DNA from: Macrostomum hystrix | Taxonomy: Eukaryota; Animalia; Platyhelminthes | DNA: 64,000 nt | NCBI GenBank assembly: GCA_950097015.1 | Contig: CATNEN010000039.1 | Span: 1,488,001 to 1,552,000, forward strand | Reading direction: 5' to 3' | In this document: piece by piece, positions 28,901 through 40,900 of the stretch | Layout of the letters: the number at the start of each line of letters is the position of its first letter | Numbering within the stretch: position 1 is the stretch's first letter | Position numbers and translations under genes: made by a program | Notes under the pieces: generated by a model | Database searches by the model: none | Seen by the model: the letters and a program-made list of their open reading frames with translations, nothing else | What the model was told of the DNA's origin: nothing

Positions 28901-31900
28901 GGTGGCTAGGCTGTCACAAGTGGGGGTAGGGTGGCTGGGCTGTCACAAGTGGGGCAGGGTAGCTGGGCTGTCACAAGTGGGGGTAGGGTGGCTGGGCTGT
29001 CACAAGTGGGGCAGGGTAGCTGGGCTGTCACAAGTGGGGGTAGGGTGGCTGGGCTGTCACAAGTGGGGGTAGGGTGGCTGGGCTGTCACAAGTGGGGCAG
29101 GGTAGCTGGGCTGTCACAAGTGGGGCAGGGACGCGCTGGAGTGATGGATGGCTGAGTGCAGCAGGGCTGCCAGTTAATGCAAAGTTGATTGCCCAGTCAC
29201 TTACATGCCTATTAGAGTGGGAGCGGTCGGGGCTCGAGTCCGCATCCCTCTTGGCGTTGGGATCTCTCTGAGAGGGTGGCAAGCCCGGGAGCCTTCTTCA
29301 ATCATCCGCCAATTTGGCTGCAGTCGCTCTAAGGCCAGCAGCGGGAGTTAGTGGGGCTGAAGCCTTTAGCTGGCTAGGCAGGAAAGTGCGAGATGCTTTG
29401 CCCTGTCTGTGCCAGCAGTGAGCCGAGTCTCAATAATGCAACAATGATGGATGACGAAAACTGCGCCCCAGGGAGGCAGGAAAACCCCGGCCCGGCCTGG
29501 GAAAACACAGCACTGCGCCGCAGCCACCGCCCGGCCGCAGCGCTGGCTGAAGCCGATGTTTAAACCGTTGCTACGTGGTTGCCATGCTAGTCAGAACTTG
29601 GCGAATTCCGCATTGATAAGAAAATCGGCGCAATCGCCGATAGGTACGGAAAGTGGGATGGCAGAGAGTGATAAAAAAGTGAAAAGAGAAGAGAAGCAGA
29701 TGGGGCTGGTGACGGGGCAGGGCTGCCGCACGCCCCGGGAAGTGCGCGATGTTTTACGCATCACACAGAGGTGCCCACGGCCCATCGTAAGCCTTGGCAT
29801 CAGCTGGGGCTGCAAGGGCCGCTACCCGCAGCTCAGAGGCGACCCGCAGCTTCACAACCGCCGCGTGCAGATGGCGTTAAAATTCTTGCAGCGAGATAAA
29901 GCTGGAGGCACTGTTCCAAGGTGCGCTCGCGGATCGAGTGGGCAGAGAAATTGCTTGTGGCAGGCAGCGGGCGATGATAAGTGCATGCCGAGAATAGACT
30001 AGGAAGTCCGGGACTCTGGAGCTGGGGGTGGATGAGAGGGGAGCAGGGGAGGAGTTGGATAGGGGAGGTGAGGGGAAATGGAGGAGAGAGGAGAGTCTAG
30101 AATAGGTGAGTTGGACAGTGGAGAGTGGTGAACAGGTGAGTAGGAAAGTGGAGAGTGGAGAACAGGTGAGTAGGAAAGTGGAGAGTGGTGAACAGGTGAG
30201 TAGGAAAGTGGAGAGTGGAGAACAGGTGAGTAGGAAAGTGGAGAGTGGAGAACAGGTGAGTAGGAAAGTGGAGACTGGAGAACAGGTGAGTAGGAAAGTG
30301 GAGAGTGGTGAACAGGTGAGTAGGAAAGTGGAGAGTGGAGAACAGGTGAGTAGGAAAGTGGAGAGTGGTGAACAGGTGAGTAGGAAAGTGGAGACTGGAG
30401 AACAGGTGAGTAGGAAAGTGGAGAGTGGAGAACAGGTGAGTAGGAAAGTGGAGAGTGGTGAACAGGTGAGTAGGAAAGTGGAGAGTGGAGAACAGGTGAG
30501 TAGGAAAGTGGAGAGTGGTGAACAGGTGAGTAGGAAAGTGGAGACTGGAGAACAGGTGAGTAGGAAAGTGGAGAGTGGAGAACAGGTGAGTAGGGAAGAT
30601 GAGAGTGGAGAAGAGCAGGGTAGAGGACTCTGGGGAGAAACAATAACTGGGGAGAATGATAATGAAAAGTGAATAGTGATAAAAAATAGTGAATAGTGAT
30701 AATGAAGTCATAAAAAAGTGAATAGGAAAGATAATTCCTGTACAATCTTAACCAGTAAACGCGACAACGCGGCAGCAACAGTAACTGTGTCAGCAGCAAT
30801 TCCTGCCTCAGTGTCATCCAGCAAGAAGCGCAGAGTGAGTGCTTGATTAATAAATAGGCATGGCACGCCTAGAAACTGGAAAGGGGTAAGCAGAAAATTA
30901 GCACGCAGCAATGAGGGGCGGGGGCGAAGGACCTCAGCTCCGGCCCCATAAACAGCCGGACAAGCGCAGTCAGTTTTTTGCTAAAAATCTGTGCCAGATG
31001 TTCTACAGAATGGAACAGAAGGCAGCTAGCGAGGCGCTGTGCCAGCCACCCCGCCAAATGCACCGCTGCTGCATTTCCTGTCTTTAATCCCCTATAAAAG
31101 ATACATCTAGCAAGATGCCCGCCAAGCTGCAGCGTACACACGCACACACGCACACACACTCGGGCGCCATGGGCATCGAGCCGACCTAAAAAGTCTGCGG
31201 CATTAATTTTCCACCAATTTTTGCTTCTGACTCCCATCAGGAAAGGGAAATGGGGGATTTAGGAGTCTTCTGAGAGGCCAGTGGGCGTGGCGGCCGCAGT
31301 AATGGCTAAGGGATGTGCTATAAACCTACCTAGAGAGACAGGGAGAGAAAGCTGAGGACGGAAAGTGCCAGTAGATAGAATTCGCGGGGATAAATGGGAT
31401 GTTCCCATTTTAGCATTCATAGCGGCACAAGGATTATTACTAAAATCATTTTTAATACCAAAAATATGGCAGCTGCGGTGCCACCAATGAGGGCCGCACA
31501 GTCCGGCGGTGGGCACAGGAGGGATTAACGGCAAGTGTACTCTGATGCGGAGCGGAGTGGACCGCACAACGGGCTGCACTTATATAAATCAATTAATTAC
31601 TGCTTTATCCTCCAGCCAGCACCGCTATATTTAGATGGAGATGGAGATAAGCGTAGATTCCCTCAGGCCCCACAAATGAAAATATGAAAGGAAGGAAGCG
31701 GAAAGAAATAGAAGCTGATTTGGCATTCAAATAGATTGTCTTCTGTTTTTTATACAAGGCTTAGTGAGCTGTCTGCTACCACACCTGAGCTGCAGTAGGT
31801 TTAACAAGCTGTCTGCTACCACACCTGAGCTGCAGTAGGTTTAACAAGCTGTCTGCTACCACACCTGAGCTGCAGTAGGTTTAACAAGCTGTCTGCTACC

Positions 31901-34900
31901 ACACCTGAGCTGCAGTAGGTTTAACAAGCTGTCTGCTACCACACCTGAGCTGCAGTAGGTTTAACAAGCTGTCTGCTACCACACCTGAGCTGCAGTAGGT
32001 TTAACAAGCTGTCTGCTACCACACCTGAGCTGCAGTAGGTTTAACAAGCTGTCTGCTACCACACCTGAGCTGCAGTAGGTTTAACAAGCTGTCTGCTACC
32101 ATACCTAACCTGCCAAACTCTAAAAATTTTTTGTTTTCCAAAGGATCGGCAGCTGCCTCCCAAACGAGTCTGCAAATATCCCCATGCACTCAGTGCTCCC
32201 AGAAAAAGCGGCTTCTCCCACAGCTGATGCTCGCGTTTGGGGAATGGAAAGCCAATTTCGTCTACGCTGATCCCCAGTGCGGCTTATTGCAGCCAAGTAA
32301 CTGCTCTCTGACAGCCCGCGGCCGGAGATGCGGGGACTGAGGCGAGGCCGCATGCGCCTGCCGAGCTTATGAGAGTTTCCTCAGGCGGGCAAACAGAACC
32401 GAGGAAAAGCAGATGCGCAATTCATTATTTGCTTCCCTTGGCCCAGACAGCCACATGTACTCAAATAACTGCAGGAGACAGCTCACACACTGCGGACAAT
32501 GTGGATTTACTAATGTCGCTGGAAGCCTAACACAGCTATTGAACAACTTCCTGCTCAATTGGACAGTGACTGCTCAACCTGAGTACCTGAGGACAGTGAC
32601 TGCTCAACCTGAGTAGCTGAGGACAGTGACTGCTCAACCTGAGTAGCTGAGGACAGTGACTGCTCAACCTGAGTACCTGAGGACAGTGACTGCTCAACCT
32701 GAGTACCTGAGGACAGTGACTGCTCAACCTGAGTAGCTGAGGACAGTGACTGCTCAACCTGAGTAGCTGAGGACAGTGACTGCTCAACCTGAGTAGCCGA
32801 GGACAGTGACTGCTCAACCTGAGTAGCTGAGGACAGTGACTGCTCAACCTGAGTACCTGAGGACAGTGACTGCTCAACCTGAGTAGCTGAGGACAGTGAC
32901 TGCTCAACCTGAGTAGCTGAGGACAGTGACTGCTCAACCTGAGTAGCCGAGGACAGTGACTGCTCAACCTGAGTAGCTGAGGACAGTGACTGCTCAACCT
33001 GAGTAGCTGAGGACAGTGACTGCTCAACCTGAGTAGCTGAGGACAGTGACTGCTCAACTTGAGTAGCTGGGGTACTAAGACGACACAGCTTAAGTATAGT
33101 GTTTTTGTAAACTATGTTTTCCCTGTCATTTGAACAAAGACAATAAAACGAAAGCTGCATAAGTGTGTAAAGTCTGGCATCATCTAACCGTTTCAGATCT
33201 GGCAACATAAGCATGCAAAGGCACAAAGCCGGGAATACGTTGTAGTTAAAAGGCCATGAAAAGAGAGGCTGAGGCGGTGACCTTGACTCTGGCTGTTGAG
33301 GGAATACTGATTCCGCACTGAGAATATTTTTGTCCAGACCCCACTTTCTATGCTAATCCGCCGCGTCACGATAATCTGCGTGTTTATAAACCGCTGACGG
33401 GCCTAATCCCAATAGGAAGTTCTGCAATGGATTACAATCGCAACGGCCTTAGCGGGCAGAAAGAGATTGACAAACGCACCAAATTGGGAAAATATACAAC
33501 CAACCGATGGGATAATTCACAGAGATATCTGGACTCGAACTGATCCGTAAAGGAACAACCACAGATAAGCATGTAGGAGCATATTCCATCAGAGAATAAC
33601 AGGGAGAAATAAAAACCATCGAGTCATGCATTTTCACTTTTCTACTTTCAGTAGTGCAACAAGAAAAAAACGTTATATTTGAAAAACCCAGCACCTCCTC
33701 ACCTCCAGCAGCGAGTGCAGCGTGTCGTCCTCGAAGACGCTCTGCAGCAGTTCGCGATCTCGCTCCGTGCAGTCGGTGAGGCACTGGATCTCCTCCAGGC
33801 TGTCCAGGATGGCTGATACGGCTGGATTTCGGGGTGGAAGGGGAAAGGCGAGACCCTCATCAGAATGAGTAGCTAGATGACTGCTTCGAAACTAATTTGA
33901 TCACAAGGATTTCATAAGGTGACTAGGTGACTGCTCAGCCTGAGTAGTTTTGGAAAGTGACTGCTCAGCCTGAGTAGTTCAGGACAGTGACTGCTCAGCC
34001 TGAGTAGTTTTGGAAAGAGACTTGTTGACCTAAATAGCTGGGGAATCGACTGCTCAGCCTGAGTAGTTTAGGACAGTGACTGCTCAGCCTGAGTAGTTTA
34101 GGACAGTGACTGCTCAGCCTGAGTAGTTCAGGACAGTGACTGCTCAGCCTGAGTAGTTCAGGACAGTGACTGCTCAGCCTGAGTAGTTTTGGAAAGAGAC
34201 TTGTTGACCTAAATAGCTGGGGAATCGACTGCTCAGCCTGAGTAGTTTTGGAAAGTTGACTGCTCAGCCTGAGTAGTTTTGGAAAGTGACTGCTCAGCCT
34301 GAGTAGTTTTGGAAAGTGACTGCTCAGCCTGAGTAGTTTTGGAAAGTGACTGCTCAGCCTGAGTAGTTTAGGACAGTGACTGCTCAGCCTGAGTAGTTCA
34401 GGACAGTGACTGCTCAGCCTGAGTAGTTTAGGACAGTGACTGCTCAGCCTGAGTAGTTCAGGACAGTGACTGCTCAGCCTGAGTAGTTCAGGACAGTGAC
34501 TGCTCAGCCTGAGTAGTTTTGGAAAGAGACTTGTTGACCTAAATAGCTGGGGAATCGACTGCTCAGCCTGAGTATCTGGGATACTTGAGTAGTTGTTGGC
34601 TTTGTTGTTTTGAAAGCGAGGAAAATGAAAATGCAATTTCGTGCATTAAAATGCTCAAGCAAAGAGTGCATGAATCTGAAAAGGTCTTCAAAAACTTTTA
34701 TATTTTAATAAGTTTTCTACCGAACGAAGTAGATGTAAAAGTCAGAAAAAAGGAAAATAAAACAGAATGTAAAATCTGTAACAGTGGAATATAAAGCCGG
34801 ATGACTTGATGCAGAATGACAGAATGTGAGGGATCGGCAAATCGGAAAAGTTGATGTGGAAAAGTTAAAACCATTTATCGCGATCACTAGGAGTCGATCT

Positions 34901-37900
34901 CGCAGTCGATGTGGTCCAGCAGCTCGCTAGTATTGCTGGCCTGCAGGAAGGACACCACAGGACAGCCGGCCATGGTGGCCGCAGCTCGGGACGAGAGCTG
35001 CTGGCGCCGGCTGCAGGTGGCCGCGCCGGTTACGCCACGCCGAAGGCGATGCCGAGCCGACCTGCGCTGGCGCCGGTTTAGCCAGAACATCGGCAGCGTC
35101 ACCAGAAGGCTCTGGAGGAAGTGGCCAGCCAGCTGCACAGGCCGCAGCCAGGCCGGAGCCAGGCCAGGTGGCAGCAGGTCCAACAGCAGGTAGGCGCCGG
35201 TCAGGGCACTAATCAGCGCCAGAGAGCGCGCCCAACGCACCGGACGGGTGCAGCCGGCGCGCGGCGGCAGAGATAGGCGCAGAGATTGAGCGCCGAGCAC
35301 CAATGAGACGAGGTGAGCGCCGGCCAGGGGCAGGCGCACAACGGCTGTGTAGAAAGACACTGGCTCGGGTCTGTACAGCGCCTCGTAGGCGTGCAGGGAA
35401 TGCAGCTGGCCAGGTGCCAGGGTGCGACAGGCCAGGTGAGCGATGGAAACGGCCACAGGCAGCGGCCAGGCCAGTGAAAGCAGCTCAAACAGCGGCTGGC
35501 GCTTCGGACGCGGCGGCGACTGACAAGCCGGTTTGTGGCGTCGTCCGAGCCGGCGGCGCAGACAGACCGACTGGGCCAGGAAAGAGGCGAACAGGCCGGC
35601 GTAGGCCAGAGTGTCCAGCAGCTCAAACAGCGCATCCAGCGATAGGCAGGCATCGTAGCCGAGGCAGCGCGTGGCCGGCCAGGACAGCAGGCGGCCGGAG
35701 CGGCACAGGTAATAGGCGCAGTAGGCCCACAATAGCTGACGATGAACAGCTGCTAGGCGGCCTCCAGGCAGCTGGCGCAGGGCGCACAGGCCAAGCAGCG
35801 TGGCTAGCAACATTAGCAGGCCCACCAGGCTGAGGCCGATCTCCCACACCGCTAGCTGGCGCTCGCTGGCCAGGTAAGCGGCTAAGCTGCAGTAGGTCTC
35901 GCATAAACTAACAGGGGTAACATAACAGCCGTCAAGCACCAGAAGGTTGAAAGCTCGCAGAGGAACGGCCAAAGTAGTCGAAGTGCCATTCGAGCCGGGA
36001 ATTAAGGCGTATGTCAGCCACGGCTTGCCGGGACAGGCGGCGCTGTTCACGCGCTGAGGCGGCGATTTTGTTGCAAATAGCGGAGAGGCGAACGGATCGG
36101 TGCAGGACATGGCCGGTTGGCCTTCGGTCGGTTCGGGCTGTTCGCTTTAATACTGTCGCTGCACTTTGACTTGTTTATTTTAATGGCTTTTTGGTGGGGG
36201 TGAGCCAGGCTGAGAAGGGAAGGCCCAAGATTTGGTGCGTGCGGACCCAATTTGCACGCAAGTGTTTTGGGGTGGGTGTGCACCAACCCCCACACGCCCC
36301 GGGCAGGGGTTATGTACATAGGCTCATAGGACACGCATGTACAACATCCCTGTACAGTGAAATGGATAGAAATAAAAAAGAGCAGGCAATTAAACATCGA
36401 AAAATAAATCTAAGAATCGGCGCCATGACTGATCATAAGTCATAACAAAGTCATGCTATGAGTTATGTTACTCATGTAAATATGTAACAGCTTTTTTCTC
36501 TTTAAGAAATTTAGGCTTAGAACATTAATCTTATGAATAATTTGCTATAAGCTCTAAGATAATGTCTATATTTAGCTAAAAACAGTTTAAAAGCTTTATT
36601 TTGCTTTTTCGCAATCACTTATTAACAGAAGGACTACCATTTTGCCACCCGTTTTTATGCCAAGGGGGGATTCCCCTCCCATGCTTATGAACATTCAGCG
36701 CCTGAGTGCTACCTGCCTTGGGTGGTGACTGATTGGTTGACAGACTAGACGATAGTGTACTGTGGTTGAGCTGCGCCTAGTATTTTGGCTTGATCAATGA
36801 AATTGGAGAAATTCGTGAACGGGGTGTCCATAGTGGCCTGTTTCTACCTCTTGTAGCCCTTGAAGGTCCAGAAAATCCGTCTAGATAAAGCTGGTGACCA
36901 CCGAAGACGGAGATGATGCAGGCACATTCGGGTGATAAAGTTTGAAGGCCTGGCAAGGCCGTACTGTGGCGCAGTGCTAAATTATGTATAGCGGTGTATG
37001 AAAGGCACTAGCGCTTATGGGAAAAATCTGACCTTCGGGCAGAAACATTGAATGCATCGACGACTTGAAGAGCTGGCTCTATTATCCCAAGATCCTAATG
37101 TTCTTGTTTCAGAAGATGTGTAACAAAAAGTTGGGGCGTGTTCTTGAGTTTCGTGTGCTTGCGATGCTGCGTTCGGGTGCAGCACAACAGATTGTCATGG
37201 GGGGGAAATCCCCCTTGGTAGTTCTACTGTTGAACGCAACATTTTGCGCATACAGAAAAAAGCTTATAGATGCACAAAACCATACTTTTGTAGATAGCTA
37301 GGAGGAGAGAAATACTGTGGAACGAGTCCAAGATTATGAGTGCTACCATCCACCATGGGAAAATGTGGCCTATTCACATGGGAACTTCCGAACATTTTCA
37401 TTCTTTCCTCAATGTGAGTGTCTGTGCGTGCTCATCACACTCGCATATATTGCATAGCAACTAAAGCTAGAGTTCTCGTGCTCTCGCGTTCCCCACAATG
37501 GACGCGGTAATATTTTATCGAATTTCAATACTCGCAGTTTGTCCAGTAACGTATTTAGGAACCTATAAAAGTGCAATTTAGGCAAATTAGTAACCTCGTT
37601 TTCGGAACCTAAATTGTGTGTTAAGGTATTTAAAGCCTAATGGTTAATTTAGATTTTAAAAATGTGTTTAGGTACTTATGAGCTGTGCAGCTTACACCTG
37701 CATGAAGATAGCAGACTCCGGTTCACCAGACGCCAGAACAGACGCGATCTCGGCGTCCTCTGCATCGCCGCTAACCGCTCCAGTTAGGCTCTTGTGCAGG
37801 CGGGCTCACAGCGGTATTCTAGCCGAGCTTTTTTTGGAGCAGATAGGAAAAACTGTTTCCTATCTTGTTCGTACTCGACGCCCAGCGGGTTGGCGCATTA

Positions 37901-40900
37901 AATTGGGAAAATCTATACCGACCGCGCCAGGACTGCCCGCTTTTCGAGTTTCCACCCGTTGGCTCACGGGCTTTGGGATGAAGAATGCGGATGTTCCCCC
38001 AGACGAAAATATGGCACAGTCGAATTTGGGATCAGGGTGATCAGTTCTGGCAGTTCTCCGATTTTCTGACTGGTCACAGAGTGTGCGCCGGTCTTGGGCA
38101 GGCAGAGTTTTAGTCTGTTCTCCTCATCATGGTCAATGCCTGGATCGCAACTCAAACAGCAAGTCCCAAACTATTGGTTTATCAGTCCATTGGGCCTGAG
38201 GCCGCATCTCCTGCCCATTTTGGTGTGGCTTTCTGGCTGTTTGCGTATTTGTTTTTCTTGGAGGTGGCGCAAGACAACTTGAAGTTCTCGGCTGGGGTGG
38301 GTCTAGACTCTAAACCCTCCCCACTCATTTTTCAACCCTTTGTCGTATTTCTATTGGCTCGTGTGTTAGCCTTGCTTGATTCAACACTTAAGCTTGCCTT
38401 AGGCAGCCCATGTGTGCTATTGTACCATTCTTCTAGGGGCGCTGCCAATCAGTGAACTTAGCCCTCTACGTGCCGCTGCTGGCCATTCGCTCTCCCCTGA
38501 AACTTCTAGAACTTCGGGTCGGCTGTACCGAGCAAATGTCACCCGGCTAAGTGTTCTGACCTGAGCAGCCCATAGACACCACAGGTCAATTAAAATATTG
38601 GCTTTGCATGCTCACAAGTGCATCGAGGTCCCAGGCAGCCCAAACCTACCAGCCGAAGTCGCGTCATCTCGCGCCTGCTGCTTGTCATCCTCGTCGCCGC
38701 CGTCTCCAGGTGCCGGGTCGCCGTAGTAGCTGGACCATCGGGCGCTGGACACTGCGGCCAGCACAGCGCCCTTCAGCTTCCGCCTGGCGTTGAACTTTTT
38801 CATCTCCTCGACGGTCTCGCCCAGGTGCAGCTTGGGCACGCGGCTCTTGTCACTGATCCAGGGATGCTGCAGGGCCTCCTCAACTGTCAGTCGCTGCGCC
38901 GGGTCCAATTCGAGCAGGCGATTGACCAGATCCTTGGCGTCTGCTGAGATCGCCTGCCACACCTGGGGCTTCATCTGAGGATGATAAGAATAAAGAGAAG
39001 CATATGCCTGACAGTACAGACAAGGATCAAAAGTCTGGCATACCAGCTCAGTGCGGCAAACATCAAAGACAACCAAACAGTCGCATCTCTCAGTGCGGCA
39101 AACATCAAAGACAAGCAAACACTCGCATCTCTCAGTGCGGCAAACATCAAAGACAACCAAATGCTCGCATTTCTCAGTGCGGCAAATATCAAAGGCAGCC
39201 CAGCCCATAAATTTCTCCAACATCAATTCAGCTGCCAAGGCTGAATAAGCTGAATTCAAGCTGAAGATCGTGATCTTATCGGCAGGCATCAAAGAGCCAG
39301 CTTACGTGATAGCGACGGTGCAGTATTTGGTCGAACAGGGCGTCCTTGGCGCCGTAGAATGGCAGGGAGCCGCTAAGCAGAACAAACAGCAGGCAGCCGC
39401 AGCCCCAGGCATCCACAGGTCGGCCGTATGGCTCGCCGCGCACCATCTCCGGGGCCATGAAGTGCGGCGTGCCTATGCGGCCTGCTTCAATGAGCGTTGA
39501 AAATATTGTTGTTTGTTTTGCATAATAAACTGCCTTCATTGCTACTTTAAAAAGCGCGATTTCAAAACTCTGACACGCAGTTTGCAGGCGCATCCTTATC
39601 TACTAGCAGTAGCCAGCATGGGAACACGCGGGAAATAATTTGCAAGCAGCAGTGAGTACGCACCCGCTGGCGCCAGTCCGGTCGTCTCGTCCAGCTGCAC
39701 GGCGATGCCGAAGCCGCCCAGCTTGACCGGCGCCGAGTTCTCCTTGGAGTGCAGCAGGACGCAGTGCGGCTTCAGGTCGCGATGAACAATGCCGTGCTGG
39801 TGGCAGTAGCGGATGGCCTCCAAGATCTGGCGCATGTAGTGCCTGCAATGGGTAAGAAGTACACAGGCTTGACCGCAGGTGTCATTGGGTGTCGGGGGCG
39901 CTGATAAGCCAGAGAGGCTGCATGGCAGACTCACATTGCGACGCTCTCGCTGAACACGAACCCGGATGTGGCCCGTTTGACAATTTCGAAGCACAGATCG
40001 GAGCCGTCCATGCTGCGGGTTGCGTTAGGCGTGGGTGTGAAGAAGTGTGCTCAAACTGTGCTCAGATTATGCTTAAGTGTGTTAAATTATTAGTGAGGTT
40101 CTATATGCTTTATTCAATCGAGTGTTATTGTAGAAGAATGCTGACAGTGCACATTTATTACAGAAGTCATATTCATTTTATGAAAAGTACATTTGCAATG
40201 ATGTTAAACTGTGAGCCAGTAAAGCCTGCAAGGTGAGCGACCTGACGCGAGAGGCAGCGGGTGCTTGCCCAGATTTTAGCTCAGATATTAGTTTATTCCT
40301 AACTTAGTCAGACTCAGAAAGGCGATGATCTGATAATGAGACCTCAGACATTGCTTAAGACTTGGGATTAGCAGATCGAGGATTATGATCACTGATCAGG
40401 GATTAAGACCAATGACAAAGTTTAGGATAAACGAATGATTCGGATCAATGGAAAATGGAGTATTTTAACCAAGACTCTGGGACCAGGACGCAGAAATTCG
40501 GGATAAAGTCAAGGATCAGGGATTGCAATAAATGATTTAGGATCTAGGATGACTAGTCATTGTCTTCATTTACGGGATATGAAATATGAATAAATATATA
40601 TGTTAGTAGCTGCGACTGCCGAATTCTGACGACTTATGCATAGAGAATACTAACGAGACAAGAACAAAGAGATTGCCAACTCATCTCTAGCTCCATCCTG
40701 ACATGGTTAGCACACACACCAGAAACCAATTATTAAGAATGTGGACAAATTAATAGATTCATATTAGAACGTAAAATATTTCTACATAAAAGTCCTGAAC
40801 TATGAGACCAGGGAAGAACATTCAGGATTTTTAGATGACCTTTCAATAAACTTGTCGCGAACCTCCTTCGCCATTCAATGGCAGAGAAAAATGAAGATGC

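Noticed and set aside
29451-30002. 183-aa plus-strand ORF
   Set aside because: No motif or supported gene structure; expected by chance in GC-rich DNA.
36750-37080. Possible decayed RTE-type LINE fragment
   Set aside because: Only a faint resemblance with multiple stops; not supportable without a search.
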